64,000 nucleotides of DNA. It comes from Myxococcales bacterium (GTDB lineage Bacteria; Desulfobacterota; Binatia; HRBIN30). The notes below the pieces were generated by a model. The model was not told the DNA's origin, made no database searches, and saw only the letters and a program-made list of their open reading frames with translations. This document shows positions 39,746-51,731 of the stretch, piece by piece. Within the stretch, counting starts at the first letter, position 1, and every line of letters starts with the position of its first letter. The stretch covers positions 160,001-224,000 of the forward strand of contig JBBILD010000003.1 in the NCBI GenBank assembly GCA_037445065.1. The letters run 5' to 3'. The translations under genes and the position numbers were made by a program.

Positions 39746-39994
39746 TTAAAGCAGGCGCCGGCCACGCAGACGGTGAAAAGATTTGCGGATACCGAAGTAG
39801 TAGCAGCAGAGTTCGTGATCCAGGTCATTGTGGAAAGTGCGCTGCTTGCCGTCCGCGAAATCAATGCGCACCAGGCAAGTGCCACCGTTGAGCGAGGACG
39901 TCATTTCCTCGACGACAACCCCTTCACCCCATTTGGCGTGCGCGAGGTGAACGACCCGGTCACCGACACGCAAGAATAAACGCGGGGAAGCCAT
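39746..39994 (-). CDS. DUF3553-like small protein (Tudor/SH3-like)
   Basis: VGDRVVH....WGEGVV...IDFADG; AAGGAG SD. Confidence 0.75.
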   Translation of the reverse strand: MASPRLFLRVGDRVVHLAHAKWGEGVVVEEMTSSLNGGTCLVRIDFADGKQRTFHNDLDHELCCYYFGIRKSFHRLRGRRLL

Positions 39995-40125
39995 GAGCTC
40001 TCTCCTTGGCCGAGTGAACAGCGATCCTCACATGTGCAACGCTCTTGTTTGCGCTTTAGCACGACTCTGCCTATCGGAGGAAGCGTTCAAGCTGTGACCA
40101 GTGGAAGTGAACTACAGTCTCGCGC

Positions 40126-40154
40126 TTGACTGGGGAGTGGAGGCTCCGTATTTT
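40126..40154 (+). promoter_or_regulatory. Putative sigma70 promoter of mobA
   Basis: TTGACT-17 nt-TATTTT. Confidence 0.5.
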
Positions 40155-40168
40155 TTGGCGACGTTGCG

Positions 40169-40831
40169 GTGGTTTACCTCGTGAGTTCCCCTGCTCCTCC
40201 TCTGAACGAGTTTGTTCCCGTGGGCTCCGAGCCGAGTGGAGCAGCGGTGGTGTTAGCGGGTGGGAAAAATTCCCGCATGGGGGGCGTGGATAAAGCGTTC
40301 ATGCGGGTAGAAGGGCAGCCCTGCATCGTCCGCATCCTCGCAACGCTCCGAAGGTTGTTCGCTCCGATCGTCGTGGTGACCAACCGTCCGGAAAAATACA
40401 GGGAGTTTGGCGAAATCGTGGTGGTGCGAGATGATTTCCCCGGATACGGGCCATTGGCTGGCTTGTACACTGGCTTGAGGACGGTTGTGGCCGAGGCTTA
40501 TTTTGTAGTGGCGTGCGACATGCCTTTCTTGCGGTGGGAACCGATTCGGTACTTAGCGCGGTACATGCCCGGGGTGGATGCAGTCATTCCGTATTGGGAA
40601 GGCGACCTGGAACCCCTGCACGGTTTTTACGCCCGCTCAGTGTTGCCGGTCGCGGAAAGATTGTTGCGTGAGGGCAAAGCGGGAGTGCGTGAACTGCTCT
40701 CGCAAGTGAGGGTTCACTATGTTCCCGAAGCCGAACTGAAAGCAGTACCGGGAGCGGAAGAAAGCTTTCGAAACGTCAATACTCCCGCGGATGCGATGCG
40801 TTTTTCAGTGGAACTAGTTTCTTGGGGTTAG
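40169..40831 (+). CDS. mobA: Molybdenum cofactor guanylyltransferase-like NTP transferase
   Basis: VLAGG..SRMGG.DKA, GPLAG, ACDMPF, EPL...Y, NVNTP.D. Confidence 0.9.
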   Translation: MVYLVSSPAPPLNEFVPVGSEPSGAAVVLAGGKNSRMGGVDKAFMRVEGQPCIVRILATLRRLFAPIVVVTNRPEKYREFGEIVVVRDDFPGYGPLAGLYTGLRTVVAEAYFVVACDMPFLRWEPIRYLARYMPGVDAVIPYWEGDLEPLHGFYARSVLPVAERLLREGKAGVRELLSQVRVHYVPEAELKAVPGAEESFRNVNTPADAMRFSVELVSWG

Positions 40832-40918
40832 GTGTAGGGAAGACTTGAGAGAAGGAGCGGACCCCGAGTGCCAGAGGGGTAGGTACGAGAGAGCGGCTCC
40901 GGAAGCGACGAATTGTTT

Positions 40919-41518
40919 ATGGATGATCGACTTCTGCAGAACACGCTAAGGGAGTGGACGAACGGTTTAAAAGACCGGGAAGCGCGGGTGCGGGTCTTTG
41001 AGCGGGTCCGGGATTTCCCGTACTATTACCCGAGTAGCAGGGACCCCGAGGAGGTGTTGCGAGCAGGTCGTGGCTCGTGTTCCGGGAAACATTACCTGTT
41101 GGCTGAACTGTTTCGGGGTTTAGGTGTTAGGGTGCGGCATCTCATTTGTACGCATCGTTTCAACGAGTCCCCAATAGGCTTCCCCGAAGAACTCCAAGCG
41201 ATGCTTAGAAAGAACGAGATCGTGGACGTTCACGACTACGTCCAAATTCTGATCGACGAAAAATGGATTGATGTGGACGCCACCTGGCCGAGTGCGCTGC
41301 GAGAATACGGGTTTCCGGTAAATGAAGAGTGGGATGGGGTATCACCGATGCTCCTCAGTGTGGTGCCGGAAGAAATCTTGGTGGTCCAGGGAGATCCGGA
41401 GAAGAAAAAAGAGGAGTTGCTTGCACGCCTGACGCCTCGACAGAGGCAGTTGCGCAAGCAGTTTCTGGAGTCGTTAAGCGCGTGGGTGAACGAGATTTTG
41501 ACGGATACCGGCCGCTAG
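40919..41518 (+). CDS. Transglutaminase-like domain protein
   Basis: GSCSGKH (Cys), DVHDY (His), WIDVDATW (Asp) catalytic triad. Confidence 0.8.
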   Translation: MDDRLLQNTLREWTNGLKDREARVRVFERVRDFPYYYPSSRDPEEVLRAGRGSCSGKHYLLAELFRGLGVRVRHLICTHRFNESPIGFPEELQAMLRKNEIVDVHDYVQILIDEKWIDVDATWPSALREYGFPVNEEWDGVSPMLLSVVPEEILVVQGDPEKKKEELLARLTPRQRQLRKQFLESLSAWVNEILTDTGR

Positions 41519-42024
41519 TGCGGTTTGGCCCTGGGGAATTGGTCGCGTGGGTAGACAAACGGGACCGATTGCGTGGCGTCGTTCCCCGTGAGGAAGTCCG
41601 TAGGCAAAATCTTCGGCATCGTTCGGTATATGTCTTCGTCTGGGGGGCAAAAGGCGAGTTGCTCGTCCACCAACGGGCTTGGACGAAAGATTTGTATCCA
41701 GGGTACTGGGATTTGTGCGTAAGTGGAGTTCCGCGGTGGTACGAGTCGAATGACCAGGCAGCGCAGCGGGAACTTGCTGAGGAGATCGGTGTCAGCGACG
41801 CCGCGATTTTGGCACTATTTTCTTTTTCTTACGAGGATACCAAGAACAAGGTCCTCGGTCACGTATATTGGTGTGAGATTGAGCAGCCAGTGAGAATCCA
41901 AGGGGAAGAAATTCTAGTTATCGAGTCTCTCCGGAGAGACCACGTCGAACGGTGGATCGGCACACGTCAGGTGTGTCCAGATAGCCTCACGGCTTGGCGT
42001 ATTTTGACGGGCCAACTTAAGTAG
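41518..42024 (+). CDS. Nudix hydrolase (YfcD/IDI-like)
   Basis: HRSVYVFV, QR...K..YPG.WD, AAQRELAEEIG. GTG overlaps the previous stop. Confidence 0.85.
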   Translation: MRFGPGELVAWVDKRDRLRGVVPREEVRRQNLRHRSVYVFVWGAKGELLVHQRAWTKDLYPGYWDLCVSGVPRWYESNDQAAQRELAEEIGVSDAAILALFSFSYEDTKNKVLGHVYWCEIEQPVRIQGEEILVIESLRRDHVERWIGTRQVCPDSLTAWRILTGQLK

Positions 42025-42051
42025 GGGCTCAATCTGTGCTTGTGAGATTTC

Positions 42052-42351
42052 TTATTCGTCGGGGTCAAAGTATTCTTTTGCCGGCTTTTTGGGTGGCTGG
42101 GCTTTCTGTGGCTTTGGCATGGAGCGCCAAAACTGTCGCCGCCGTTTTTCCATCTGTTTCACCCACGAAGGCCTGTTTGTGAGGGCCGCACCAAGCGTAG
42201 TACTTTTGCCGGAGGGCAGTCCCTCATCTAGTTCTTCGCCGCGTTCGTTTTCTTCGAGCCAGGCCACGTGCTCGGCGGCAGATCGGAACTTGAGGTTTGA
42301 GAACTCGCCGGCGGTCACGAGAAAGAACGAGCAGACCAAGGCGGTGACCAT
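42052..42351 (-). CDS. Hypothetical small protein
   Basis: 99-aa ORF filling the gap; hydrophobic N-terminus, charged C-terminus (KEYFDPDE); start uncertain. Confidence 0.5.
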   Translation of the reverse strand: MVTALVCSFFLVTAGEFSNLKFRSAAEHVAWLEENERGEELDEGLPSGKSTTLGAALTNRPSWVKQMEKRRRQFWRSMPKPQKAQPPKKPAKEYFDPDE

Positions 42352-42441
42352 CGAGATTTTGAGTAGACTTCAAGCGGGTAGCGTGCAAGCTTCCGGCAAT
42401 AGGCAGCAACTCTTCGGGAGCTGGCCTGAGGATCAGGCGCA

Positions 42442-42891
42442 ATGCAACGATGGTTTGATTGGTTCTTCATGAGGGAAGCTTTGCGTCAAGCAGTTCGCGC
42501 GCAGGCAAGCCAAGAAGTCCCGATCGGTGCCGTGGTAGTTTCCGCGGGGAAAGTCTTAGGTGCTGGTTTTAACCGCACGATCAGCGCGATAGATTCCACT
42601 GCGCACGCTGAGGTTGTGGCGCTCCGTGATGCGGCAACGAGAAGCGGGAACTATCGGTTGGTCGGGTGCGCAATGTATGTGACCGTTGAGCCTTGTCTCA
42701 TGTGCTTGGGAGCGCTCCTGAACGCACGGGTCTCCACTTTGGTATTTGGTTGCCGCGAACCTAAAATGGGCGCCTTGAGTAAGTATGGGATACGCTTTGG
42801 CTCTGGCACGCTGGAGATTATTGAAGGCGTTTGCGCAGAGGAAGCAGAGCAGCTACTAAAAACTTTCTTTGTCGCACGGAGAGGTGCGTGA
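42442..42891 (+). CDS. tadA: tRNA-specific adenosine deaminase
   Basis: EVPIGAVVV, TAHAE, NYRL, TVEPCLMC, FF..RR. Confidence 0.9.
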   Translation: MQRWFDWFFMREALRQAVRAQASQEVPIGAVVVSAGKVLGAGFNRTISAIDSTAHAEVVALRDAATRSGNYRLVGCAMYVTVEPCLMCLGALLNARVSTLVFGCREPKMGALSKYGIRFGSGTLEIIEGVCAEEAEQLLKTFFVARRGA

Positions 42892-42965
42892 GCCCGGTTG
42901 AAACGGCACGACTCGAAATCGTGTGACCCCAAAAGGGTCCGAGGGTTCGAATCCCTCCCTCTCCG
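42878..42965 (+). tRNA. tRNA-Ser(CGA)
   Basis: GGAGAGG...CCTCTCC-G, anticodon loop CT-CGA-AA, long variable arm; overlaps the tadA 3' end. Confidence 0.96.
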
Positions 42966-42994
42966 TCTCAGTGCAGCTTCGCGGACTACTCCGT

Positions 42995-43423
42995 TCAACG
43001 TTGAACGGTTTCGGCTCGAGCGGCCAACGCTTTGTTTTTCCGCGAGCGAATCCGGCGCGGTCGTACTCTAAACGCGCTTCGTACGTTGTGTCGAACCCTG
43101 GGCAACTTTGCGGGCCGCAGCGTCCCTAGCCGCCGCATTGCAAGGAGCGCTTCGCGGGTTGCGGAAGGATCCAGGCCGAGGACTTCGCACAGCACAGGGA
43201 AGCAAAATGGGTTTGGGGAAGGACGCCCGAATACCCACGCTTCTGCTTCTGCGGCTAGGGTCGGCGAGGTTCCGAGAAAGCAGCGTACACCGTCCTCAAA
43301 AACGGCTAACATGAGCGCGCGTAATCCTCCATGATGAATCGCCTGTCGGCTTCTTGGCTCGCTGAGCTGGTTTACGCTGCTACGAGCTACTTCGGTGTTC
43401 GTGAATGAAATTGGATCGCCCAT
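42995..43423 (-). CDS. Uncharacterised protein (LMLAV.ED...EAE.W....PF.F..LCEVLGLDP motif, basic tail)
   Basis: GGGAGG SD 8 nt before ATG 43423; compact helical motif block. Confidence 0.7.
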   Translation of the reverse strand: MGDPISFTNTEVARSSVNQLSEPRSRQAIHHGGLRALMLAVFEDGVRCFLGTSPTLAAEAEAWVFGRPSPNPFCFPVLCEVLGLDPSATREALLAMRRLGTLRPAKLPRVRHNVRSAFRVRPRRIRSRKNKALAARAETVQR

Positions 43424-43478
43424 TCGCCTGTCCTCCCGGATCATTCATTGGCCGTTCCTCACGTCGCCGGGGGCATGA

Positions 43479-43495
43479 AGCCAAGATGGGGCCAA
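43479..43495 (-). promoter_or_regulatory. Putative sigma54 (-24/-12) promoter
   Basis: Minus strand TTGGCCCCATCTTGGCT: GG-N10-GC, 3 mismatches to YTGGCACGNNNNTTGCW. Confidence 0.6.
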
Positions 43496-43550
43496 GCGGT
43501 TGATTCTTGGCCGACCTAACCACGGGGCACACGGAGGTGATGGTCCGCTG

Positions 43551-43582
43551 TTGCGATGGTGCAAGCCCTTGCGGTAGTGCAA
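43551..43582. promoter_or_regulatory. Tandem palindromic sites, candidate upstream activator sequence
   Basis: TTGCGATGGTGCAA (43551-43564) and TTGCGGTAGTGCAA (43569-43582), both TTGC-N6-GCAA. Confidence 0.55.
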
Positions 43583-43732
43583 GAGTGTGTCTTTCTTGCC
43601 TCGTTTCTCAAGGAAGGGGAGCCCTAGGCTGAGTTTCCGCTCGCAGGGCTCTTATCGCGGGTGCGCTTGCTCAAGAATCAAGGATGGCGGAGCCGCACTA
43701 CGAAACCCGTAAACTACGCTGTTGCAGAACGG

Positions 43733-44116
43733 TCAACGTTTCCTGCAACCGGGCCCGTATGACGTGGGAGCATGATGACTTTCAGGAACTCCCTCATCCG
43801 TCTGCGTCGGCCTTCCACAACCGCCTTGAGAGCAGAGGGCAGATTTTCCGCATGAAGAAACGAGATCATCGACCAGAACGAATCCAAACAGGTGAAGCAT
43901 TGCTTCCGATCCCTGTCGAAGCCGAGCCTGTACGGGTTGGTCGCATTCAATGCATCGCCGTACAAACTCACCCGTCTCGTTTAGGTCGACCCAGACCAAG
44001 CGGTCTGCCTGACAGACTTGGCACCGACCGAGCAGGTACTCCTTGACTGGCAACTGCAGGGTCACAGTTCGGAACCTTTTTCCAGAAACAGCCGTTCGAC
44101 GTTTAATGAAATTCAT
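43733..44116 (-). CDS. Small Cys-rich protein (CxxC...CxxC zinc-ribbon-like)
   Basis: CQVC...CIEC plus C-terminal CGKSALCSQGGCG; start uncertain. Confidence 0.55.
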   Translation of the reverse strand: MNFIKRRTAVSGKRFRTVTLQLPVKEYLLGRCQVCQADRLVWVDLNETGEFVRRCIECDQPVQARLRQGSEAMLHLFGFVLVDDLVSSCGKSALCSQGGCGRPTQTDEGVPESHHAPTSYGPGCRKR

Positions 44117-44381
44117 ATATCAAGCTTGTCGATGCGGGGCAAATCCTGCCTACCTATGGCGAGTGACCGCGAGGAGCGGCGATGATCCGACCAGGTTGCC
44201 TGAAAGCGCTGCTTGGGCGCACGTGATCATAGCCGTGCCACGAAGTTCAGGTTGCTCGTAAGAACAAGGGCTCTAAAACGCTGGAGGCGGAATCGCATTC
44301 GCGCGTATCAGTTGTCATGACATGCGTTGCGATCGGCTGGGGCAAATTGCTACGTGCTCCAACACAAATGCCGAATGGCGT

Positions 44382-44462
44382 GCGAGAGTGGCGGAACTGG
44401 CAGACGCGCTAGACTTAGGATCTAGTGGGTTTCCCGTGGGGGTTCGACTCCCCCCTCTCGCA
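44382..44462 (+). tRNA. tRNA-Leu(TAG)
   Basis: GCGAGAG...CTCTCGC-A, anticodon loop CT-TAG-GA; usual position before tig. Confidence 0.97.
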
Positions 44463-44537
44463 TAGTTTCCTAGAGACGACAGGTGGCGTCACGAAGCGAC
44501 ATCTGGAGCGTTGGTTCGGGGACGATCGAGTTGAAGA

Positions 44538-45800
44538 ATGAATGTCAAAACACACTTGCGCACAGAAGATGAGGTTTCATGCGTTCTAGAGGTCGAGGTT
44601 TCGGCCGAAAACGTCAACCAAGCTTGGGATGCTACGATCCGACAGTTGCAACAGAAGGTCGCCCTTCCTGGTTTTCGCCGAGGGCGCGTTCCGCGATCGG
44701 TGCTTGAGCGGCGTTTTGCTGCATCGGTGCGAGACGATGTTAAAGCGCGTCTTGTGGAAGAATCGCTGCCTGTGGCTTTAGCTGAGCAGGCGAAACAAGT
44801 GGCAGCGTGGGAGCTGCTTGAGAACTCTGACGTCACATACGGGGGGCCGTTTCGCTACACGGCACGGCTCGAATTTTGGCCGCGATTCGGAGAAGTTCGG
44901 TGGAGAGGCCTGGTGCTGACGCGCCGGCAGCCATCCATAAGCGAAGAAGATGTTGACCGGCGGCTAGGCCAGTTGCGGGAGAGCCACGGGGTGCTTGAAC
45001 CCGCAGCCGAGGATCATGTCATCGAACGAAATGACGTTGTTCTGGTCGAGGTTGAGCCGTCTGGGGGCCGCTCAGGTGGTGCCAATAAGCAAAGGGTTTT
45101 GGTCGACTTAACGTCGCGCGACGAACAGGTCCAAACTCTCGCGCCACTGTTGATTGGACGCCGGAAGGGTGAAGTGGTCCCACTTGATAGACGAGGAGAA
45201 AATGCCGCAGAGAGGGAGATGGTTCTCTGCCACGTGTACCGCAAGGTTCTACCAGACTTAGATGATGAGTTCGCAAGTTCGGTTAGCGGTGCTTCGACCC
45301 TAGCGGAATTGCGGGAGATCTTGCGGAAACAGTTGGAGGAAGAGATGCGGCGCCGCTCTGAGTCGGCGTTGAGAACCTCCGCGATTGAAGCGCTGATCGC
45401 TTTGAACGAGCCAATCATTTTGCCCCCAAGCGTGGTGCAGCAAGAGGCTTACCGCCAGGCGAAACGGGAATTACAGCGTGCCGGGTTATCAGCCGATGCT
45501 GCCGAGCGCGTGTGGTCCGAGCGTTATGAGGAATTGTTTGGTACCTTTCGAGCGGTGGCGGAGAGGGAGTTGAAAACGGCGTTGTTGCTTAGTGCGGTTG
45601 CTGATCAGGAAGGGGTACAAGTAACGGACGAGGATCTTCAAAAGGAGTTGGAACGCCAGCTCGATGAGATTGAGGACGATCGTTGGGAGGTTCGAAAGTG
45701 GTTAGAGTCCAAGACCCAACGGGATAGCTTGCGCGAAGCACTCCGGAGGCAAAAGGTGGTCGACCTCATACTCCGAGAGGCACAAGTCGTGGAAGCTTGA
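44538..45800 (+). CDS. tig: Trigger factor (divergent)
   Basis: PGFRRGRVP ribosome-binding signature, LPDLDDEFA; tRNA-Leu-tig-clpP-clpX synteny. Confidence 0.9.
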   Translation: MNVKTHLRTEDEVSCVLEVEVSAENVNQAWDATIRQLQQKVALPGFRRGRVPRSVLERRFAASVRDDVKARLVEESLPVALAEQAKQVAAWELLENSDVTYGGPFRYTARLEFWPRFGEVRWRGLVLTRRQPSISEEDVDRRLGQLRESHGVLEPAAEDHVIERNDVVLVEVEPSGGRSGGANKQRVLVDLTSRDEQVQTLAPLLIGRRKGEVVPLDRRGENAAEREMVLCHVYRKVLPDLDDEFASSVSGASTLAELREILRKQLEEEMRRRSESALRTSAIEALIALNEPIILPPSVVQQEAYRQAKRELQRAGLSADAAERVWSERYEELFGTFRAVAERELKTALLLSAVADQEGVQVTDEDLQKELERQLDEIEDDRWEVRKWLESKTQRDSLREALRRQKVVDLILREAQVVEA

Positions 45801-45814
45801 ACGGCAAGTTTTCG

Positions 45815-45843
45815 TTGCCGATGGGTGTTGCAAAGGCTACGAT
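45815..45843 (+). promoter_or_regulatory. Putative sigma70 promoter of clpP
   Basis: TTGCCG-17 nt-TACGAT; supports the clpP start at 45878. Confidence 0.5.
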
Positions 45844-45877
45844 CGCTCCAGAAAAGAACTGCACGAACGGAACGAAG

Positions 45878-46474
45878 ATGACTTTGATACCGATCGTCGT
45901 CGAGCAAACGGGCCGCGGGGAGCGCGCGTACGACATTTATTCTCGCTTGCTTAAGGACAGGATTGTTTTTCTCGGATCGCCAATCACTGACGACGTAGCC
46001 AATTTGATCACTGCCCAACTGCTCTTCTTGGAATCTGAGGATCCAGAGCGAGACATCCATTTTTATATCAACTCACCGGGCGGTTCTGTGACGGCTGGGT
46101 TGGCCATTTACGACACGATGCAGTACATTCGGCCCGACGTTTCGACTTTGTGCTTGGGGCAAGCGGCGAGTATGGCAGCCTGGTTGCTGGCAGCGGGTGC
46201 GAAGGGGAAACGTTATGCGCTGCCGCACTCTCGAATCATGATTCACCAGCCGTTGGGTGGGATCCAAGGGGCTGCGGCGGATTTGGATATTCAGGCGCGG
46301 GAAATCCTGCGTATTCGTGAACAGCTCAATCAGATTCTAGTGAAGCACACTGGGCAAAGTCTCAAGAAGGTGGAAAAGGACACGGATAGAGATCTCTTCT
46401 TGACAGGAAAGCAGGCAGTTGAGTACGGCATCGTTGACGAGGTGATTGAGCGCAGACCAACGAAGCGCGGGTGA
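45878..46474 (+). CDS. clpP: ATP-dependent Clp protease proteolytic subunit
   Basis: [37 protein letters not shown]. Confidence 0.98.
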   Translation: MTLIPIVVEQTGRGERAYDIYSRLLKDRIVFLGSPITDDVANLITAQLLFLESEDPERDIHFYINSPGGSVTAGLAIYDTMQYIRPDVSTLCLGQAASMAAWLLAAGAKGKRYALPHSRIMIHQPLGGIQGAAADLDIQAREILRIREQLNQILVKHTGQSLKKVEKDTDRDLFLTGKQAVEYGIVDEVIERRPTKRG

Positions 46475-46481
46475 GGGAGTC

Positions 46482-47735
46482 ATGGCCAAGCACGGTGACG
46501 ATCGCGGCGGCAATTTGGTTTGTTCCTTTTGCGGGAAGAGCCAAGACGAAGTTCGCAAGCTCATTGCGGGGCCGACTGTGTACATCTGCGATGAGTGTAT
46601 CGATTTGTGTAACGACATCATTGCGGAAGAGTGCGATCATGAAGAAGGGCTGGCATCAGCTTCGAACGTGCCGAAGCCAGCCGACATAAAACGCGTTTTG
46701 GACCAGTACGTGATTGGTCAAGAGCGTGCAAAGAAAGTTTTGGCTGTGGCCGTTCATAATCATTACAAGCGGATTGACAGCCAGCTGGTTTCTGGGGACG
46801 TGGAGCTTCAGAAGTCCAACATCCTCCTGATTGGACCGACAGGTTCCGGTAAAACGCTCCTCGCGCAGACTTTAGCGCGTTTCCTCCAGGTGCCGTTCAC
46901 GATTGCGGACGCGACGAGCCTGACAGAGGCCGGCTACGTCGGCGAGGACGTGGAAAATATCATCCTGAGTTTGTTGCAGAATGCAGATTACGACGTCGAG
47001 AAAGCACAGCGCGGGATCGTCTACATCGACGAGATCGATAAGATCTCTCGAAAAGGGGATAACCCGTCGATCACGCGTGATGTCTCAGGTGAGGGAGTGC
47101 AGCAAGCACTGCTCAAGATCATTGAAGGCACTACGGCGAGCGTTCCCCCAAAAGGGGGTAGGAAACACCCGCAGCAGGAATTCCTCCAGGTTGACACCAC
47201 GAACATCCTGTTCATTTGCGGCGGTGCCTTTGTGGGGCTGGAAGAAATTATCCGGCGCCGAATTGGGATGAAGGGGATGGGCTTCGGTGCGGATGTGCGA
47301 GCCAAGGACGACCGAAGCGTTAGTGAGCTGCTGCATGAGGTGCAAACGGAGGATCTTTTAAAGTTTGGGCTAATTCCGGAGTTTGTTGGCCGGTTGCCGG
47401 TTATCGCGACTTTAGAGGAACTGGGCGAACAGGATCTTGTTCGAATTTTGCGCGAGCCGAAGAACGCGCTGGTGCGCCAGTACCAGAAGCTGTTCGAAAT
47501 GGAAGGCGTGCACTTAAAATTTACGGAGGGTGCTCTTACGGCGATTGCTCGCGAGGCATTGAAACGCAAGTCAGGTGCTCGCGGACTGAGAGCGATTTTG
47601 GAAAACACGATGCTCGATATCATGTACGAAATCCCCTCTCAGCCAGCGATCAAAGAAGTGTTAATTAATGAAGAAGTCATCACGAAAGGTGAGCCACCCA
47701 TCGTGCTCTACGAGAAGGCAGCGGAGACGGCATAA
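46482..47735 (+). CDS. clpX: ATP-dependent Clp protease ATP-binding subunit
   Basis: CSFCGK...CDEC zinc finger, [20 protein letters not shown] loop. Confidence 0.98.
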   Translation: MAKHGDDRGGNLVCSFCGKSQDEVRKLIAGPTVYICDECIDLCNDIIAEECDHEEGLASASNVPKPADIKRVLDQYVIGQERAKKVLAVAVHNHYKRIDSQLVSGDVELQKSNILLIGPTGSGKTLLAQTLARFLQVPFTIADATSLTEAGYVGEDVENIILSLLQNADYDVEKAQRGIVYIDEIDKISRKGDNPSITRDVSGEGVQQALLKIIEGTTASVPPKGGRKHPQQEFLQVDTTNILFICGGAFVGLEEIIRRRIGMKGMGFGADVRAKDDRSVSELLHEVQTEDLLKFGLIPEFVGRLPVIATLEELGEQDLVRILREPKNALVRQYQKLFEMEGVHLKFTEGALTAIAREALKRKSGARGLRAILENTMLDIMYEIPSQPAIKEVLINEEVITKGEPPIVLYEKAAETA

Positions 47736-47772
47736 GGCCCTTCGAACGACTCTGTAAGGAAAGATCAAAGCG

Positions 47773-50205
<2,433 letters not shown>

Positions 50206-50214
50206 AGGCTTCAG

Positions 50215-50243
50215 TTGACCGATTCGCGACGCGCTGGTATTCA
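50215..50243 (+). promoter_or_regulatory. Putative sigma70-type promoter of hup
   Basis: TTGACC-17 nt-TATTCA with TG extension; AAGGAG SD downstream. Confidence 0.5.
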
Positions 50244-50267
50244 ACGGAACTTTCCGAATTAAAGGAG

Positions 50268-50546
50268 ATGGCCATGACGAAGGCCGACTTGATCGAGTCT
50301 GTTGCAAGCAAGGTGGATTTGCCGCGAGCGACCGCAGAAAAGGCGGTGAACGTGCTTTTCGATGACATTGCTGCCGCGTTGCGGCAAGGAGAAAAGGTGA
50401 ACATATCGGGTTTTGGCACGTTCGCTGTTTCGCAGCGCAAGGCTCGTACTGGACGAAACCCGAAGACAGGAGAAATCATTGAAATTGCTGCATCCCGCGC
50501 GCCGAAGTTTAAGCCAGGGAAGCAGTTGCGGGATTCGTTGAACTGA
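50268..50546 (+). CDS. hup: DNA-binding protein HU
   Basis: MTKADL, GFGTF, ARTGRNPKTG, PKFKPGK. Confidence 0.97.
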   Translation: MAMTKADLIESVASKVDLPRATAEKAVNVLFDDIAAALRQGEKVNISGFGTFAVSQRKARTGRNPKTGEIIEIAASRAPKFKPGKQLRDSLN

Positions 50547-50601
50547 GCCTTGTTACGGCCGTTGTTGTGGGTGCCCTTGAGGAGAGCGGGTGGTTCGTTT
50601 G

Positions 50602-50673
50602 GGGCGGTTAGCTCAGCGGGAGAGCATCGGCCTTACAAGCCGGGGGTCATCCGTTCAAATCGGATACCGCCCA
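50602..50673 (+). tRNA. tRNA-Val(TAC)
   Basis: GGGCGGT...ACCGCCC-A, anticodon loop CT-TAC-AA. Confidence 0.96.
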
Positions 50674-50753
50674 CTGGAGCTGTAAGTGTTTGAGAATAGA
50701 GGCGCTCCGCCCACAAATTTGCAGGGTTGTTTCGCAGTGTCGGTATGAGTTTT

Positions 50754-50828
<75 letters not shown>

Positions 50829-50858
50829 TCAAGTTGTTGATCTCTACGAGGTGTGATC

Positions 50859-51317
50859 ATGAGAATGACTCCAATGCCTACCAGGGACCATGCTTTGCGG
50901 CAGCGGCAATGGTACGTTGTTGATGCCAAGGGCCTGGTCCTCGGGCGAGTAGCAAGCCTGGTAGCTTCCATCTTGCGCGGAAAACATAAGCCAAACTTTG
51001 TGCCGTTCGAGGACGTGGGCGACTTTGTTGTTGTTGTTAATGCCGCACATGTGAGGCTGACCGGTCGGAAGTGGAATACGAAGTGGTACATTCGGCACAC
51101 TGGTTATCCGGGGGGTGTGCGGGTGAGAACTGCGGCGGAGCAACGGCGTTTGGACGCGGTCGTGTTGCTTAGGAAGGCGATTGTCGGAATGTTGCCTAAG
51201 AATCGTTTAGGTCGGCGCTTGGCCACGAAAGTCAAGATTTATGCAGGTCAAAGTCACCCCCATGTTGCTCAATGTCCGGTTCGTCTCCCTGAGACCGAAA
51301 GGAAAGGAACAGCTTAG
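50859..51317 (+). CDS. rplM: 50S ribosomal protein L13
   Basis: WYVVDA...LGR.A, LRGKHKP, GD.VVV.NA, HTGYPGG, GMLPKN. Confidence 0.97.
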   Translation: MRMTPMPTRDHALRQRQWYVVDAKGLVLGRVASLVASILRGKHKPNFVPFEDVGDFVVVVNAAHVRLTGRKWNTKWYIRHTGYPGGVRVRTAAEQRRLDAVVLLRKAIVGMLPKNRLGRRLATKVKIYAGQSHPHVAQCPVRLPETERKGTA

Positions 51318-51344
51318 CCTTCGGCTGCCGCGAGGTGAGGACAG

Positions 51345-51731
51345 ATGACCGAGTTTGTTGCCACAGGGAGAAGAAAGACTGCAGTCGCTCGTGTTTTCCT
51401 GCGCCCGGGGACCGGTGAGGTCCTAGTGAACGGGCGTTCCTTGGAGGAATATTTCCCGAGGGAAACGCTTCGGATGATAGTGGGGCAACCGTTTGAACTC
51501 ACTGGTGCCAGGAATGATTTCCGGGTGATCGTTAATGTTTGTGGTGGCGGGATATCGGCTCAGGCGCAAGCGATTCGGCACGGCCTCACCCGGGCATTGG
51601 TGTTGTGTAACCCCGGTTGGCGTTCGATTCTCAAGCAGGCGGGGTTTATTACCCGGGACCCGCGCGCAGTGGAGCGAAAGAAATACGGGCGGCATAAAGC
51701 TCGCAAGCGCCCGCAGTACTCTAAGCGCTGA
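51345..51731 (+). CDS. rpsI: 30S ribosomal protein S9
   Basis: [34 protein letters not shown]. Confidence 0.98.
   Translation: MTEFVATGRRKTAVARVFLRPGTGEVLVNGRSLEEYFPRETLRMIVGQPFELTGARNDFRVIVNVCGGGISAQAQAIRHGLTRALVLCNPGWRSILKQAGFITRDPRAVERKKYGRHKARKRPQYSKR

Noticed and set aside
40057..40073. Sigma54-like element upstream of the DUF3553 gene (TAGGCAGAGTCGTGCTA)
   Set aside because: GG-to-GC spacing is 9 nt rather than the required 10.
42280..42289. Second partial adapter-like match AGATCGGAA
   Set aside because: Only 9 nt; compatible with chance.
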